A DNA stretch of 25,137 nucleotides from a bacterium (lineage in GTDB: Bacteria; Methylomirabilota; Methylomirabilia; CAVQYV01). Both the position numbers and the translations under genes were made by a program. Positions 25,135 to 25,137 of this stretch are shown here, one piece after another; within the stretch, counting starts at the first letter, position 1, and the number at the start of each line of letters is the position of its first letter. The notes below the pieces were generated by a model. The model was not told where the DNA came from. It ran no database searches and was given only the letters and a program-made list of their open reading frames with translations. Location of the stretch: NCBI GenBank assembly GCA_043800755.1, contig JAZDMQ010000016.1, positions 1 through 25,137 of the forward strand, in the 5' to 3' direction.

Positions 25135-25137
25135 GTT

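Noticed and set aside
25025..25137. Glycine, TPP or Moco riboswitch, or hammerhead ribozyme
   Set aside because: Only isolated sub-motifs (CUCUCAGG, CUGAGA/GAACCU, GCCUCCCG, CUGAGGA) are present. The partner motifs required for each family are missing.

Overview
High-GC bacterial window, probably from a Deltaproteobacteria/Nitrospinae/Tectomicrobia/NC10-like diderm (inferred from gene order only). Most of it is one tightly packed minus-strand run of 17 genes (22691 down to 3412): split transketolase, ftsE-ftsX-envC-ctpA-divergent polysaccharide deacetylase, tsaD, def, a deoxyhypusine-synthase-like hypothetical, rfaE2, mfd, two parvulin/SurA foldases, nfnAB and a B12-binding radical SAM enzyme with an apparent C-terminal STAS domain. 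The left end holds a DUF4258 / YgiT-zinc-finger putative toxin-antitoxin pair. Divergent from that pair are a ferredoxin-nitroreductase and a fused TIGR04282/TIGR04283-type double transferase. The right end holds a lower-GC cstA gene flanked by hairpin-rich non-coding DNA. I found no rRNA, tRNA, CRISPR array or transposase. The window is largely housekeeping. The best leads are the rSAM-STAS fusion, the orphan transferase fusion locus, the DHS-like/rfaE2 couple, a His-to-Asn switch substitution in FtsE, and candidate structured RNAs at 39-127, 22789-22980 and 25032-25134. All family calls come from motif recognition by eye, not database searches.
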